From assembly GCF_030013595.1 (NCBI RefSeq), contig NZ_CP122768.1: DNA of 64,000 nucleotides. One strand, written 5' to 3'. A model generated the notes under the pieces. The model was given only the letters and a program-made list of their open reading frames with translations. It was not told the DNA's origin and did not search any database. The DNA is from Escherichia coli (lineage in GTDB: Bacteria > Pseudomonadota > Gammaproteobacteria > Enterobacterales > Enterobacteriaceae). Made by a program: the position numbers and the translations under genes. Below, piece after piece: positions 20,975 through 30,812 of this stretch; within the stretch, counting starts at the first letter, position 1, and each line of letters starts with the position of its first letter.

Positions 20975-21725
20975 GTTTGAAGATATTCGCGGCGTCGCTT
21001 TTGATCTCGATGGTACGCTGGTGGACAGTGCTCCTGGCTTGGCTACCGCAGTAGATATGGCGCTGTATGCGCTGGAGTTGCCCGTCGCAGGTGAAGAACG
21101 CGTTATAACCTGGATTGGTAACGGCGCAGATGTTCTGATGGAGCGCGCATTGACCTGGGCGCGTCAGGAACGTGCGACTCTGCGTAAAACAATGGGTAAA
21201 CCGCCCGTTGATGACGACATTCCGGCAGAAGAACAGGTACGTATTCTGCGTAAATTGTTCGATCGCTACTATGGCGAGGTTGCCGAAGAGGGGACGTTTT
21301 TGTTCCCGCACGTTGCCGATACGCTGGGCGCATTGCAGGCTAAAGGCCTGCCGTTGGGCCTGGTCACCAACAAACCGACGCCGTTCGTCGCGCCGCTGCT
21401 CGAAGCCTTAGATATCGCCAAATACTTCAGCGTGGTGATTGGTGGTGATGATGTGCAAAACAAAAAACCGCATCCGGACCCGCTGTTACTGGTGGCTGAG
21501 CGGATGGGAATTGCTCCACAACAGATGCTGTTTGTTGGCGACTCACGCAATGATATTCAGGCAGCAAAAGCGGCAGGTTGCCCATCAGTTGGCTTAACCT
21601 ACGGATATAACTACGGCGAGGCTATCGATCTCAGCCAGCCTGATGTAATTTATCAGTCTATAAATGACCTTCTGCCCGCATTAGGGCTTCCGCATAGCGA
21701 AAATCAGGAATCGAAAAATGACTAA
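20967..21725 (+). CDS. gph: phosphoglycolate phosphatase (HAD)
   Basis: 252 aa with HAD motif [12 protein letters not shown]; overlaps rpe by 8 nt. Confidence 0.94.
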   Translation: MNKFEDIRGVAFDLDGTLVDSAPGLATAVDMALYALELPVAGEERVITWIGNGADVLMERALTWARQERATLRKTMGKPPVDDDIPAEEQVRILRKLFDRYYGEVAEEGTFLFPHVADTLGALQAKGLPLGLVTNKPTPFVAPLLEALDIAKYFSVVIGGDDVQNKKPHPDPLLLVAERMGIAPQQMLFVGDSRNDIQAAKAAGCPSVGLTYGYNYGEAIDLSQPDVIYQSINDLLPALGLPHSENQESKND

Positions 21726-22722
21726 GCCCATCGTTTTTAGTGGCGCACAGCCCTCAGGTGAATTGACCATTGGTAACTACATGGGTGCGCTGCGTCAGTG
21801 GGTAAACATGCAGGATGACTACCATTGCATTTACTGTATCGTTGACCAACACGCGATCACCGTGCGCCAGGATGCACAGAAGCTGCGTAAAGCGACGCTG
21901 GATACGCTGGCCTTGTATCTGGCTTGTGGTATCGATCCTGAGAAAAGCACCATTTTTGTTCAGTCCCACGTGCCGGAACATGCACAGTTAGGCTGGGCAC
22001 TGAACTGCTATACCTACTTCGGCGAACTGAGCCGCATGACGCAGTTTAAAGATAAATCTGCGCGTTATGCCGAGAACATCAACGCTGGTCTGTTTGACTA
22101 TCCGGTGCTGATGGCTGCGGACATCCTGCTGTATCAAACTAATCTGGTGCCGGTGGGTGAAGACCAGAAACAGCACCTGGAACTGAGCCGCGATATCGCC
22201 CAGCGTTTCAACGCGCTGTATGGCGATATCTTTAAGGTGCCAGAGCCGTTTATTCCGAAATCTGGCGCGCGCGTAATGTCGCTGCTGGAGCCGACCAAGA
22301 AGATGTCCAAGTCTGACGATAATCGCAATAACGTTATCGGCCTGCTGGAAGATCCGAAATCGGTAGTGAAGAAAATCAAACGCGCGGTCACTGACTCCGA
22401 CGAGCCGCCGGTAGTTCGCTACGATGTGCAGAATAAAGCGGGCGTTTCCAACCTGCTGGATATCCTTTCTGCGGTAACGGGCCAGAGCATCCCGGAACTG
22501 GAAAAACAGTTCGAAGGCAAGATGTATGGTCATCTGAAAGGCGAAGTGGCTGATGCCGTTTCCGGTATGCTGACTGAATTGCAGGAACGCTATCACCGTT
22601 TCCGCAATGACGAAGCCTTCCTGCAACAGGTGATGAAAGATGGCGCTGAAAAAGCCAGCGCACACGCTTCCCGTACGCTAAAAGCGGTGTACGAAGCGAT
22701 TGGTTTTGTGGCGAAGCCGTAA
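21718..22722 (+). CDS. trpS: tryptophanyl-tRNA synthetase
   Basis: 334 aa with HIGH-type (TIGNYMG) and KMSKS motifs; overlaps gph by 8 nt. Confidence 0.96.
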   Translation: MTKPIVFSGAQPSGELTIGNYMGALRQWVNMQDDYHCIYCIVDQHAITVRQDAQKLRKATLDTLALYLACGIDPEKSTIFVQSHVPEHAQLGWALNCYTYFGELSRMTQFKDKSARYAENINAGLFDYPVLMAADILLYQTNLVPVGEDQKQHLELSRDIAQRFNALYGDIFKVPEPFIPKSGARVMSLLEPTKKMSKSDDNRNNVIGLLEDPKSVVKKIKRAVTDSDEPPVVRYDVQNKAGVSNLLDILSAVTGQSIPELEKQFEGKMYGHLKGEVADAVSGMLTELQERYHRFRNDEAFLQQVMKDGAEKASAHASRTLKAVYEAIGFVAKP

Positions 22723-22738
22723 TTTAACATTAATGCCA

Positions 22739-22763
22739 AAAACCGGGGAAACCCGGTTTTTTT
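22739..22763 (+). terminator. trpS Rho-independent terminator
   Basis: Hairpin aaccgggg-aaa-cccggtt followed by a T run. Confidence 0.8.
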
Positions 22764-22832
22764 ATCCTCATTTGCAATAATCCGAAAAAATGTGAAGCGT
22801 CTCGCCGTTTCCACATCTCGCAGTTGCCACTT

Positions 22833-22852
22833 ATCTTCATTTTTATGAAGAT
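22833..22852. promoter_or_regulatory. perfect inverted repeat ATCTTCAT-N4-ATGAAGAT about 30 bp upstream of yhfZ (candidate operator)
   Basis: 8-bp perfect arms read directly from the sequence; followed by TAAATATTCA (22855..22864). Confidence 0.35.
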
Positions 22853-22881
22853 ATAAATATTCACTTTATTGAAAATTTACT

Positions 22882-23787
22882 ATGCGTCGAACGTTTATCA
22901 AAAAAGAAGGCGTCGTCATCACGACACTGGCCCGTTATTTGTTGGGTGAAAAGTGCGGTAATCGACTGAAAACCATAGATGAACTGGCAACTGAATGCCG
23001 TTCATCCGTTGGCCTGACGCAGGCCGCGTTGAAAACGCTGGAATCAAGCGGAGCGATACGGATAGAACGCCGTGGGCGTAATGGCAGTTATCTGGTGGAA
23101 ATGGATAACAAAGCATTGCTGAGTCATGTGGATATCAACAATGTGGTGTGCGCGATGCCCTTGCCCTATACCCGTTTGTACGAAGGCCTGGCGAGCGGAT
23201 TGAAAGCCCAATTTGATGGCATTCCTTTTTACTATGCGCACATGCGCGGCGCGGATATTCGCGTGGAGTGTCTGCTTAATGGCGTGTATGACATGGCGGT
23301 GGTTTCCCGACTGGCGGCGGAAAGTTATCTCACGCAAAAAGGGTTATGCCTCGCGCTGGAGCTGGGGCCGCACACCTACGTTGGCGAGCACCAGTTGATT
23401 TGCCGTAAAGGCGAGTCCGCAAACGTGAAGCGCGTGGGGCTGGATAACCGTTCGGCGGATCAGAAAATCATGACCGATGTCTTTTTTGGCGATAGTGATG
23501 TGGAACGTGTCGATCTCTCTTATCACGAGAGTTTACAACGCATTGTTAAAGGCGATGTCGATGCGGTTATCTGGAACGTGGTGGCGGAAAACGAACTGAC
23601 CATGCTGGGATTAGAAGCGACGCCGCTCACAGACGATCCGCGATTTTTACAGGCCACCGAAGCCGTGGTTTTGACGCGAGTCGATGATTACCCGATGCAA
23701 CAATTGCTGCGTGCAGTTGTTGATAAACAGGCCCTGCTTGCCCATCAACAACGAGTGGTCTGTGGGGAACAGGAACCCAGTTATTAA
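22882..23787 (+). CDS. yhfZ: putative transcriptional regulator YhfZ (N-terminal winged-helix-like region)
   Basis: 301 aa; first gene of the yhf cluster as in E. coli. Confidence 0.85.
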   Translation: MRRTFIKKEGVVITTLARYLLGEKCGNRLKTIDELATECRSSVGLTQAALKTLESSGAIRIERRGRNGSYLVEMDNKALLSHVDINNVVCAMPLPYTRLYEGLASGLKAQFDGIPFYYAHMRGADIRVECLLNGVYDMAVVSRLAAESYLTQKGLCLALELGPHTYVGEHQLICRKGESANVKRVGLDNRSADQKIMTDVFFGDSDVERVDLSYHESLQRIVKGDVDAVIWNVVAENELTMLGLEATPLTDDPRFLQATEAVVLTRVDDYPMQQLLRAVVDKQALLAHQQRVVCGEQEPSY

Positions 23788-23803
23788 ACCAAAGGCATCT
23801 GAA

Positions 23804-24166
23804 ATGGAAACCAGACTCAACCTGCTTTGCGATGCAGGCGTTATTGATAAGGACATCTGCAAAGGCATGATGCAGGTCGTCAACGTACTGGAAACAGAGT
23901 GTCATCTACCGGTGCGCAGCGAGCAAGGAATGATGGCGATGACACATATGGCGAGCGCACTGATGCGCAGTCGCCGTGGTGAAGAAATAGAGCCGCTGGA
24001 CGCCGAATTGCTGGCAGAACTGGCGCAATCCAGCCACTGGCAAGCCGTTGTGCAATTGCATCAGGTGTTGTTGAAGGAATTTACACTGGAAGTTAACCCG
24101 TGTGAAGAAGGCTATTTGCTGGCCAACCTTTATGGATTATGGATGGCTGCTAACGAAGAGGTTTGA
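23804..24166 (+). CDS. yhfY: YhfY, small PRD-like protein, 120 aa
   Basis: ATG at 23804 (METRLNLLCDAGVIDKD...); ORF track extends upstream into yhfZ. Confidence 0.8.
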   Translation: METRLNLLCDAGVIDKDICKGMMQVVNVLETECHLPVRSEQGMMAMTHMASALMRSRRGEEIEPLDAELLAELAQSSHWQAVVQLHQVLLKEFTLEVNPCEEGYLLANLYGLWMAANEEV

Positions 24167-24196
24167 AGCTCCCGACAAATCCACGTCGCACAACCT

Positions 24197-24220
24197 AAAT
24201 ATTCAAAAAAATGAATATTT
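24197..24220. promoter_or_regulatory. perfect inverted repeat AAATATTCA-N6-TGAATATTT 30 bp upstream of yhfX (candidate operator)
   Basis: 9-bp perfect arms; a third ATTCA half-site follows at 24222..24226. Confidence 0.4.
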
Positions 24221-24249
24221 AATTCAAGGAACAGAAACGAGGCAACAAG

Positions 24250-25413
24250 ATGTTTGTAGAAGCATTGAAACGCCAGAACCCGGCGCTAATTTCCGCCGCA
24301 CTAAGCTTGTGGCAAAAGGGCAAGATCGCCCCGGACAGCTGGGTGATCGACGTGGATCAGATACTGGAAAACGGTAAGCGGCTGATTGAGACGGCGCGGC
24401 TTTACGGCATTGAACTGTATCTGATGACCAAGCAGTTTGGTCGTAATCCGTGGCTGGCGGAAAAACTGCTGCCATTAGGCTACAGCGGCATTGTGGCGGT
24501 GGATTACAAAGAGGCGCGAGTCATGCGCCGCGCCGGTTTGCCGGTGGCGCATCAGGGGCATCTGGTACAAATCCCTTGTCATCAGGTTGCTGACGCCGTT
24601 GCACAGGGCACCGACGTCATCACCGTGTTTACTCTCGACAAAGCGCGGGAAGTTTCTGCGGCAGCGGTGAAGGCCGGACGTGTCCAGTCTGTGCTGCTAA
24701 AAGTTTATAGCGACGCTGATTTTCTTTATCCGGGGCAGGAGAGCGGTTTTGCCCTCCAGGTGTTGCCGGATATTGTCGCCGAAATCCAGAATCTGCCGGG
24801 GCTACATTTGGCGGGACTTACCCATTTCCCTTGCCTGCTTTGGGATGAGGCTGCCAGGAAAGTTTTGCCGACACCGAATCTTCACACGCTGGTACAAGCA
24901 CGGGATCAACTGGCGAAATCTGGTATTGCGATTGAGCAACTGAATGCGCCTTCAGCGACCAGTTGCACTTCGCTGCCGATGCTGGCGCAATACGGTGTGA
25001 CTCATGCCGAACCCGGTCATGCGCTGACGGGCACTATTCCGGCAAACCAGCAGGGCGATCAGCCTGAACGTATCGCGATGCTTTGGTTAAGTGAAATTTC
25101 CCACCATTTCCGTGGCGACAGCTACTGCTACGGCGGCGGTTACTACCGTCGTGGTCACGCGCAACATGCGCTGGTGTTTACGCCAGAAAATCAAAAGATT
25201 ACTGAAACCAATCTCAAAACTGTGGATGACAGCAGTATCGACTACACCCTGCCGCTGGCAGGCGAGTTTCCGGTAAGCAGTGCAGTAGTGCTCTGTTTTC
25301 GCACGCAGATTTTTGTCACCCGTAGCGATGTGGTGCTGGTGTCTGGTATTCATCGTGGCGAACCGGAAATCGTCGGTCGTTATGACAGCCTCGGCAACCC
25401 TCTGGAGGCGTAA
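24250..25413 (+). CDS. yhfX: YhfX, alanine-racemase-fold (fold-type III) PLP enzyme, substrate unknown
   Basis: 387 aa; N-terminal TIM-barrel-like region with candidate PLP lysine (LYLMTKQFG). Confidence 0.85.
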   Translation: MFVEALKRQNPALISAALSLWQKGKIAPDSWVIDVDQILENGKRLIETARLYGIELYLMTKQFGRNPWLAEKLLPLGYSGIVAVDYKEARVMRRAGLPVAHQGHLVQIPCHQVADAVAQGTDVITVFTLDKAREVSAAAVKAGRVQSVLLKVYSDADFLYPGQESGFALQVLPDIVAEIQNLPGLHLAGLTHFPCLLWDEAARKVLPTPNLHTLVQARDQLAKSGIAIEQLNAPSATSCTSLPMLAQYGVTHAEPGHALTGTIPANQQGDQPERIAMLWLSEISHHFRGDSYCYGGGYYRRGHAQHALVFTPENQKITETNLKTVDDSSIDYTLPLAGEFPVSSAVVLCFRTQIFVTRSDVVLVSGIHRGEPEIVGRYDSLGNPLEA

Positions 25414-26640
25414 ATGGCGCGATTTGTGGTGTTAGTGATTGATAGCTTTGGCGTAGGGGCAATGAAAGATGTCACGTTGGTGCGTCCGCAGGATGCCGGG
25501 GCGAATACCTGTGGTCACATCCTGAGCCAGTTGCCGCATTTGCAGCTATCAGCGCTGGAGAAGCTGGGGCTAATCAACGCATTGGGTTATGCACCAGGTG
25601 ATATGCAACCGTCAGATTCCGCAACCTGGGGGGTGGCAGAACTGCAACATGAAGGTGGCGATACCTTTATGGGGCATCAGGAAATTTTAGGCACGCGTCC
25701 GTTACCACCGCTGCGGATGCCTTTTCGCGATGTGATTGACCGTGTTGAGCAGGCATTAGTTTCCGCTGGCTGGCAGGTTGCGCGCCGTGGCGAAGAGTTA
25801 CAGTTTCTGTGGGTCAATCAGGCGGTTGCGATTGGCGATAATCTCGAGGCGGATTTAGGCCAGGTCTATAACATCACCGCCAATCTCTCTGTGATCTCCT
25901 TTGACGACGCAATCAAAATTGGTCGTATCGTGCGTGAGCAGGTACAGGTCGGTCGGGTCATTACATTTGGTGGCCTGTTAGCGGACAGCCAGCGCATTCT
26001 CGATGCCGCAGAAAGTAAAGAAGGGCGATTTATTGGTATCAACGCGCCGCGTTCTGGCGCTTATGACAACGGCTTCCAGGTCGTGCATATGGGCTACGGC
26101 GTCGATGAGAAAGTACAAGTGCCGCAAAAACTGTATGAAGCGGGCGTGCCAACCGTGCTGGTGGGTAAGGTGGCGGATATCGTCAGCAATCCTTATGGCG
26201 TGAGCTGGCAAAACCTGGTGGATAGCCAGCGGATTATGGATATCACCCTCGACGAATTTAACACGCATCCGACGGCGTTTATTTGCACCAATATCCAGGA
26301 AACCGACCTCGCTGGTCACGCGGAAGACGTCGCACGTTATGCCGAACGTTTGCAGGTCGTTGACCGTAACCTTGCCCGGCTTATTGAGGCGATGCAGCCA
26401 GATGATTGCCTGGTCGTGATGGCGGATCACGGTAACGATCCGACCATTGGTCACAGCCACCATACCCGCGAAGTGGTGCCAGTGCTGGTTTATCAGCAAG
26501 GGATGGTCGCTACGCAGCTCGGTGTGCGCACCACGCTTTCTGATGTGGGGGCTACCGTATGTGAAGTTTTCCGCGCGCCACCGCCACAAAATGGTCGCTC
26601 TTTTCTTTCCTCCCTCCGGTTTGCAGGAGACACCCTATGA
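25414..26640 (+). CDS. yhfW: YhfW, phosphopentomutase-like metalloenzyme
   Basis: 408 aa; start abuts the yhfX stop. Confidence 0.85.
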   Translation: MARFVVLVIDSFGVGAMKDVTLVRPQDAGANTCGHILSQLPHLQLSALEKLGLINALGYAPGDMQPSDSATWGVAELQHEGGDTFMGHQEILGTRPLPPLRMPFRDVIDRVEQALVSAGWQVARRGEELQFLWVNQAVAIGDNLEADLGQVYNITANLSVISFDDAIKIGRIVREQVQVGRVITFGGLLADSQRILDAAESKEGRFIGINAPRSGAYDNGFQVVHMGYGVDEKVQVPQKLYEAGVPTVLVGKVADIVSNPYGVSWQNLVDSQRIMDITLDEFNTHPTAFICTNIQETDLAGHAEDVARYAERLQVVDRNLARLIEAMQPDDCLVVMADHGNDPTIGHSHHTREVVPVLVYQQGMVATQLGVRTTLSDVGATVCEVFRAPPPQNGRSFLSSLRFAGDTL

Positions 26641-27515
26641 GTTTTGATCCGACGGGTTACACCCTCGCCCATGAGCATCTGCATATTGATCTCTCCGGCT
26701 TTAAAAACAACGTGGACTGCCGCCTTGATCAGTATGCGTTCATTTGCCAGGAGATGAACGACCTGATGGCCCGGGGCGTGCGTAATGTGATTGAGATGAC
26801 CAACCGTTACATGGGGCGCAATGCGCAATTTATGCTCGATGTAATGCACGCGACGGGGATCAACGTGGTGGCCTGCACCGGTTATTACCAGGACGCGTTT
26901 TTCCCGGAACATGTGGCGACCCGCAGCGTGCAGGAACTGGCGCAGGAGATGATCGATGAAATTGAACAGGGTATCGATGGCACGGAACTGAAAGCCGGGA
27001 TCATCGCGGAGATCGGCTCCAGCGAAGGGAAGATTACGCCGCTGGAAGAGAAGGTATTTATTGCCGCCGCGCTGGCACATAACCAGACCGGACGCCCGAT
27101 CTCCACGCATACGTCGTTCAGCACGATGGGGCTGGAGCAACTGGCTCTGTTGCAAGCCCACGGGGTTGATCTTTCGCGCGTCACCGTTGGTCACTGCGAT
27201 CTGAAAGACAACCTCGACAACATTTTGAAGATGATCGATCTCGGCGCGTATGTGCAGTTCGACACCATCGGCAAGAACAGTTACTACCCGGACGAAAAGC
27301 GCATTGCGATGCTCCACGCGCTACGTGACCGTGGTTTGCTGAACCGCGTCATGCTGTCGATGGATATTACGCGCCGCTCCCATTTAAAAGCCAACGGTGG
27401 TTATGGCTATGACTATTTATTGACCACCTTTATTCCGCAATTGCGCCAGTCAGGATTCAGTCAGGCCGATGTGGATGTGATGTTACGTGAAACTCCCTCT
27501 CAATTTTTCCAATAA
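26637..27515 (+). CDS. php: phosphotriesterase-homology protein (amidohydrolase superfamily, binuclear metal centre)
   Basis: 292 aa; N-terminal HxH metal motif ([12 protein letters not shown]); ATGA overlap with yhfW. Confidence 0.9.
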   Translation: MSFDPTGYTLAHEHLHIDLSGFKNNVDCRLDQYAFICQEMNDLMARGVRNVIEMTNRYMGRNAQFMLDVMHATGINVVACTGYYQDAFFPEHVATRSVQELAQEMIDEIEQGIDGTELKAGIIAEIGSSEGKITPLEEKVFIAAALAHNQTGRPISTHTSFSTMGLEQLALLQAHGVDLSRVTVGHCDLKDNLDNILKMIDLGAYVQFDTIGKNSYYPDEKRIAMLHALRDRGLLNRVMLSMDITRRSHLKANGGYGYDYLLTTFIPQLRQSGFSQADVDVMLRETPSQFFQ

Positions 27516-27525
27516 GGACAGACTC

Positions 27526-27879
27526 ATGAAAAAGATTGGTGTTGCAGGCTTACAGCGTGAGCAGATTAAAAAAACCATTGAAGCGACGGCTCCTGGCTGT
27601 TTTGAAGTTTTCATTCACAACGACATGGAAGCGGCAATGAAAGTGAAATCCGGGCAACTGGATTACTACATCGGCGCGTGTAATACCGGTGCGGGCGCGG
27701 CATTGTCGATTGCCATCGCGGTGATTGGCTATAATAAAAGTTGCACCATTGCCAAGCCGGGCATTAAAGCGAAAGACGAACATATCGCCAAAATGATCGC
27801 CGAAGGGAAAGTGGCGTTTGGGCTTTCCGTTGAGCACGTCGAACATGCGATTCCGATGCTGATTAACCATCTGAAATAA
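27526..27879 (+). CDS. yhfU: YhfU, small protein of unknown function, 117 aa
   Basis: ATG at 27526 with AAGGA Shine-Dalgarno; ORF track extends upstream into php. Confidence 0.8.
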   Translation: MKKIGVAGLQREQIKKTIEATAPGCFEVFIHNDMEAAMKVKSGQLDYYIGACNTGAGAALSIAIAVIGYNKSCTIAKPGIKAKDEHIAKMIAEGKVAFGLSVEHVEHAIPMLINHLK

Positions 27880-27890
27880 AAGGCACGACT

Positions 27891-29195
27891 ATGGATCTGT
27901 ATATTCAGATTATCGTGGTGGCGTGCCTGACGGGTATGACATCGCTTCTGGCGCATCGCTCGGCGGCCGTTTTTCATGACGGTATCCGCCCGATCCTGCC
28001 GCAACTGATTGAAGGCTATATGAACCGTCGCGAGGCGGGGAGTATCGCTTTTGGTCTGAGCATTGGTTTTGTGGCCTCGGTGGGGATCTCGTTTACCCTG
28101 AAAACCGGGCTGCTCAACGCATGGTTACTCTTTCTTCCTACCGATATCCTCGGCGTACTGGCGATAAACAGCCTGATGGCGTTTGGTCTTGGCGCTATCT
28201 GGGGCGTGTTGATCCTTACTTGCCTGTTGCCGGTAAACCAGCTGCTGACCGCGCTACCGGTGGATGTATTAGGTAGCCTGGGGGAATTAAGCTCACCGGT
28301 GGTTTCAGCTTTTGCACTGTTCCCGCTGGTGGCGATTTTCTACCAGTTTGGCTGGAAGCAAAGTCTGATCGCCGCCGTGGTGGTACTGATGACCCGTGTG
28401 GTGGTAGTGCGCTATTTCCCGCATCTCAATCCGGAATCCATCGAAATCTTTATTGGCATGGTGATGCTGCTGGGGATCGCGATAACTCACGACCTGCGTC
28501 ATCGTGATGAAAATGATATTGATGCCAGCGGGCTTTCGGTGTTTGAAGAACGCACGTCGCGGATTATCAAAAACTTACCGTATATCGCCATCGTGGGAGC
28601 GCTGATTGCCGCCGTTGCCAGCATGAAGATTTTTGCTGGCAGTGAAGTGTCGATCTTCACACTGGAGAAAGCATATTCCGCAGGCGTAACGCCGGAACAA
28701 TCACAAACGCTGATTAACCAGGCAGCTCTGGCGGAATTTATGCGCGGGCTGGGTTTTGTACCGTTGATTGCCACCACCGCGTTAGCCACTGGTGTGTATG
28801 CAGTTGCGGGCTTTACCTTTGTTTATGCGGTGGGCTATCTCTCGCCGAATCCGATGGTTGCAGCGGTATTAGGCGCAGTGGTTATTTCGGCGGAAGTCTT
28901 GCTGCTTCGTTCGATCGGCAAATGGCTGGGACGCTACCCGTCGGTACGTAATGCGTCGGATAACATCCGTAACGCCATGAATATGCTGATGGAAGTGGCG
29001 CTGCTGGTCGGTTCGATTTTCGCAGCAATTAAGATGGCGGGTTATACCGGATTCTCTATCGCAGTTGCCATTTACTTCCTCAACGAATCCCTGGGCCGTC
29101 CGGTACAGAAAATGGCGGCACCAGTCGTAGCCGTAATGATCACCGGTATTCTGCTGAATGTTCTTTACTGGTTTGGCTTGTTCGTTCCGGCTTAA
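27891..29195 (+). CDS. yhfT: YhfT, polytopic inner-membrane protein (putative transporter)
   Basis: 434 aa, hydrophobic throughout with about 11-12 predicted helices. Confidence 0.85.
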   Translation: MDLYIQIIVVACLTGMTSLLAHRSAAVFHDGIRPILPQLIEGYMNRREAGSIAFGLSIGFVASVGISFTLKTGLLNAWLLFLPTDILGVLAINSLMAFGLGAIWGVLILTCLLPVNQLLTALPVDVLGSLGELSSPVVSAFALFPLVAIFYQFGWKQSLIAAVVVLMTRVVVVRYFPHLNPESIEIFIGMVMLLGIAITHDLRHRDENDIDASGLSVFEERTSRIIKNLPYIAIVGALIAAVASMKIFAGSEVSIFTLEKAYSAGVTPEQSQTLINQAALAEFMRGLGFVPLIATTALATGVYAVAGFTFVYAVGYLSPNPMVAAVLGAVVISAEVLLLRSIGKWLGRYPSVRNASDNIRNAMNMLMEVALLVGSIFAAIKMAGYTGFSIAVAIYFLNESLGRPVQKMAAPVVAVMITGILLNVLYWFGLFVPA

Positions 29196-29206
29196 GGAAG
29201 GCACCT

Positions 29207-30292
29207 ATGAAGACGTTTCCTCTGCAAAGCCTGACGCTTATTGAGGCGCAGCAAAAGCAGTTTGCGCTGGTGGACAGCATTTGTCGTCATTTTCCCGGGA
29301 GCGAGTTTCTTGCTGGCGGTGATTTAGGCTTAACGCCGGGGCTAAACCAGCCGCGCATTACCCAGCGTGTGGAACAGGTGCTGGCTGATGCATTTCACGC
29401 ACAGGCCGCGGCGCTGGTGCAGGGCGCGGGTACTGGCGCGATTCGTGCGGCGTTGGCGGCTTTGCTCAAACCGGGGCAGCGTCTTCTGGTGCATGACGCG
29501 CCTGTTTACCCGACGACTCAGGTCATTATTGAGCAGATGGGGCTGACGCTTATCACTGCTGATTTCAATGACCTGTTGGCACTGAAGCAGGTTGTCGACG
29601 AGCAACAACCAGATGCCGCGCTGGTGCAGCATACGCGCCAGCAGCCGCAGGACGGGTACATTCTGGCAGATGTGCTGGCAACGTTGCGCTCGGCTGGCGT
29701 TCCTGCATTAACCGATGACAACTATGCGGTGATGAAAGTGGCGCGAATTGGCTGCGAATGCGGGGCAAATGTCTCGACTTTTTCCTGCTTCAAGCTGTTT
29801 GGGCCGGAGGGTGTTGGCGCGGTGGTAGGTGATGCCGATGTTATTAGTCGGATTCGCGCCACGCTCTATTCCGGCGGCAGCCAGATTCAGGGCGCTCAGG
29901 CGCTGGAAGTCTTGCGTGGGCTGGTGTTTGCGCCAGTGATGCACGCGGTGCAGGCGGGGGTATCTGAACGGTTGCTGGCTTTGCTTAACGGCGGCGCGGT
30001 GGCGGAAGTGAAAAGCGCCGTCATTGCCAATGCACAGTCGAAGGTATTGATTGTGGAGTTTCATCAGCCGATTGCCGTCAGAGTGCTGGAAGAGGCGCAG
30101 AAACTCGGTGCCTTGCCTTACCCGGTTGGTGCAGAGTCGAAATATGAAATCCCGCCGCTCTTTTATCGACTTTCCGGAACGTTTCGCCAGGCGAATCCGC
30201 AGTTAGAACATTGCGCGATTCGCATTAACCCAAATCGCAGCGGTGAAGAGACGGTGCTGCGGATTTTGCGTGAGAGTATTGCCAGTATTTAA
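29207..30292 (+). CDS. yhfS: YhfS, putative fold-type I PLP-dependent enzyme
   Basis: 361 aa; candidate PLP-lysine region STFSCFKLFG. Confidence 0.85.
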   Translation: MKTFPLQSLTLIEAQQKQFALVDSICRHFPGSEFLAGGDLGLTPGLNQPRITQRVEQVLADAFHAQAAALVQGAGTGAIRAALAALLKPGQRLLVHDAPVYPTTQVIIEQMGLTLITADFNDLLALKQVVDEQQPDAALVQHTRQQPQDGYILADVLATLRSAGVPALTDDNYAVMKVARIGCECGANVSTFSCFKLFGPEGVGAVVGDADVISRIRATLYSGGSQIQGAQALEVLRGLVFAPVMHAVQAGVSERLLALLNGGAVAEVKSAVIANAQSKVLIVEFHQPIAVRVLEEAQKLGALPYPVGAESKYEIPPLFYRLSGTFRQANPQLEHCAIRINPNRSGEETVLRILRESIASI

Positions 30293-30333
30293 TCTTGTGC
30301 ATGATGTTTTCGAAAAGAATGCAGAAATAAATA

Positions 30334-30357
30334 CGCCCTCGGGTAACCCCGAGGGCG
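30334..30357. terminator. hairpin between yhfS and yhfL (likely yhfL terminator, bidirectional)
   Basis: 10-bp perfect stem cgccctcggg/cccgagggcg with 4-nt loop; T-rich on the minus-strand downstream side. Confidence 0.65.
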
Positions 30358-30398
30358 TCAGGCAATTAAACCGGTGTTAGCCGATTTCTGTCAGAGAC

Positions 30399-30566
30399 TT
30401 ACTGTGCAGTAGGACCGCAACCGCCAATGATTTTAGAAATAGAAATTGCCGGGTGCAGCAGGTAGTCGTAAGAGCAGTTCTTATCACGGTTTTCAATATG
30501 ACCAGTACATGCAGTTAACGTAGCCAGTACTGCGCCTACCAGTGCAACTTTAATAAATTTGTTCAT
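30399..30566 (-). CDS. yhfL: small lipoprotein YhfL, 55 aa (below ORF-track threshold)
   Basis: Hand translation MNKFIKVALVGAVLATLTACTGHIENRDKNCSYDYLLHPAISISKIIGGCGPTAQ*; lipobox LTAC. Confidence 0.85.
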   Translation of the reverse strand: MNKFIKVALVGAVLATLTACTGHIENRDKNCSYDYLLHPAISISKIIGGCGPTAQ

Positions 30567-30812
30567 TTACATTCCCTATGTATTATATATTAATTAATAT
30601 TCATTGATTATATGAATATAAGCAGACTGCTCATTAAGAACGATACAGGAATATTTAATTAGCGTCAGTGAGTGAATGGCTTAATTTTGTAAGTCGCTGT
30701 AACGGTGAATATAACCCATTAGCAGATAATATTTATTAAGGGGTTATGTTTTATTTGCTGAATATATAAAAAGAGTCATTAAGAAGGCCAGAATTCTCTG
30801 GCCCGGGTTACA

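Noticed and set aside
20321-22665. Long minus-strand ORFs antisense to rpe (20321..20968) and trpS (21988..22665)
   Set aside because: Shadow ORFs opposite strongly supported housekeeping genes in an operon transcribed on the plus strand.
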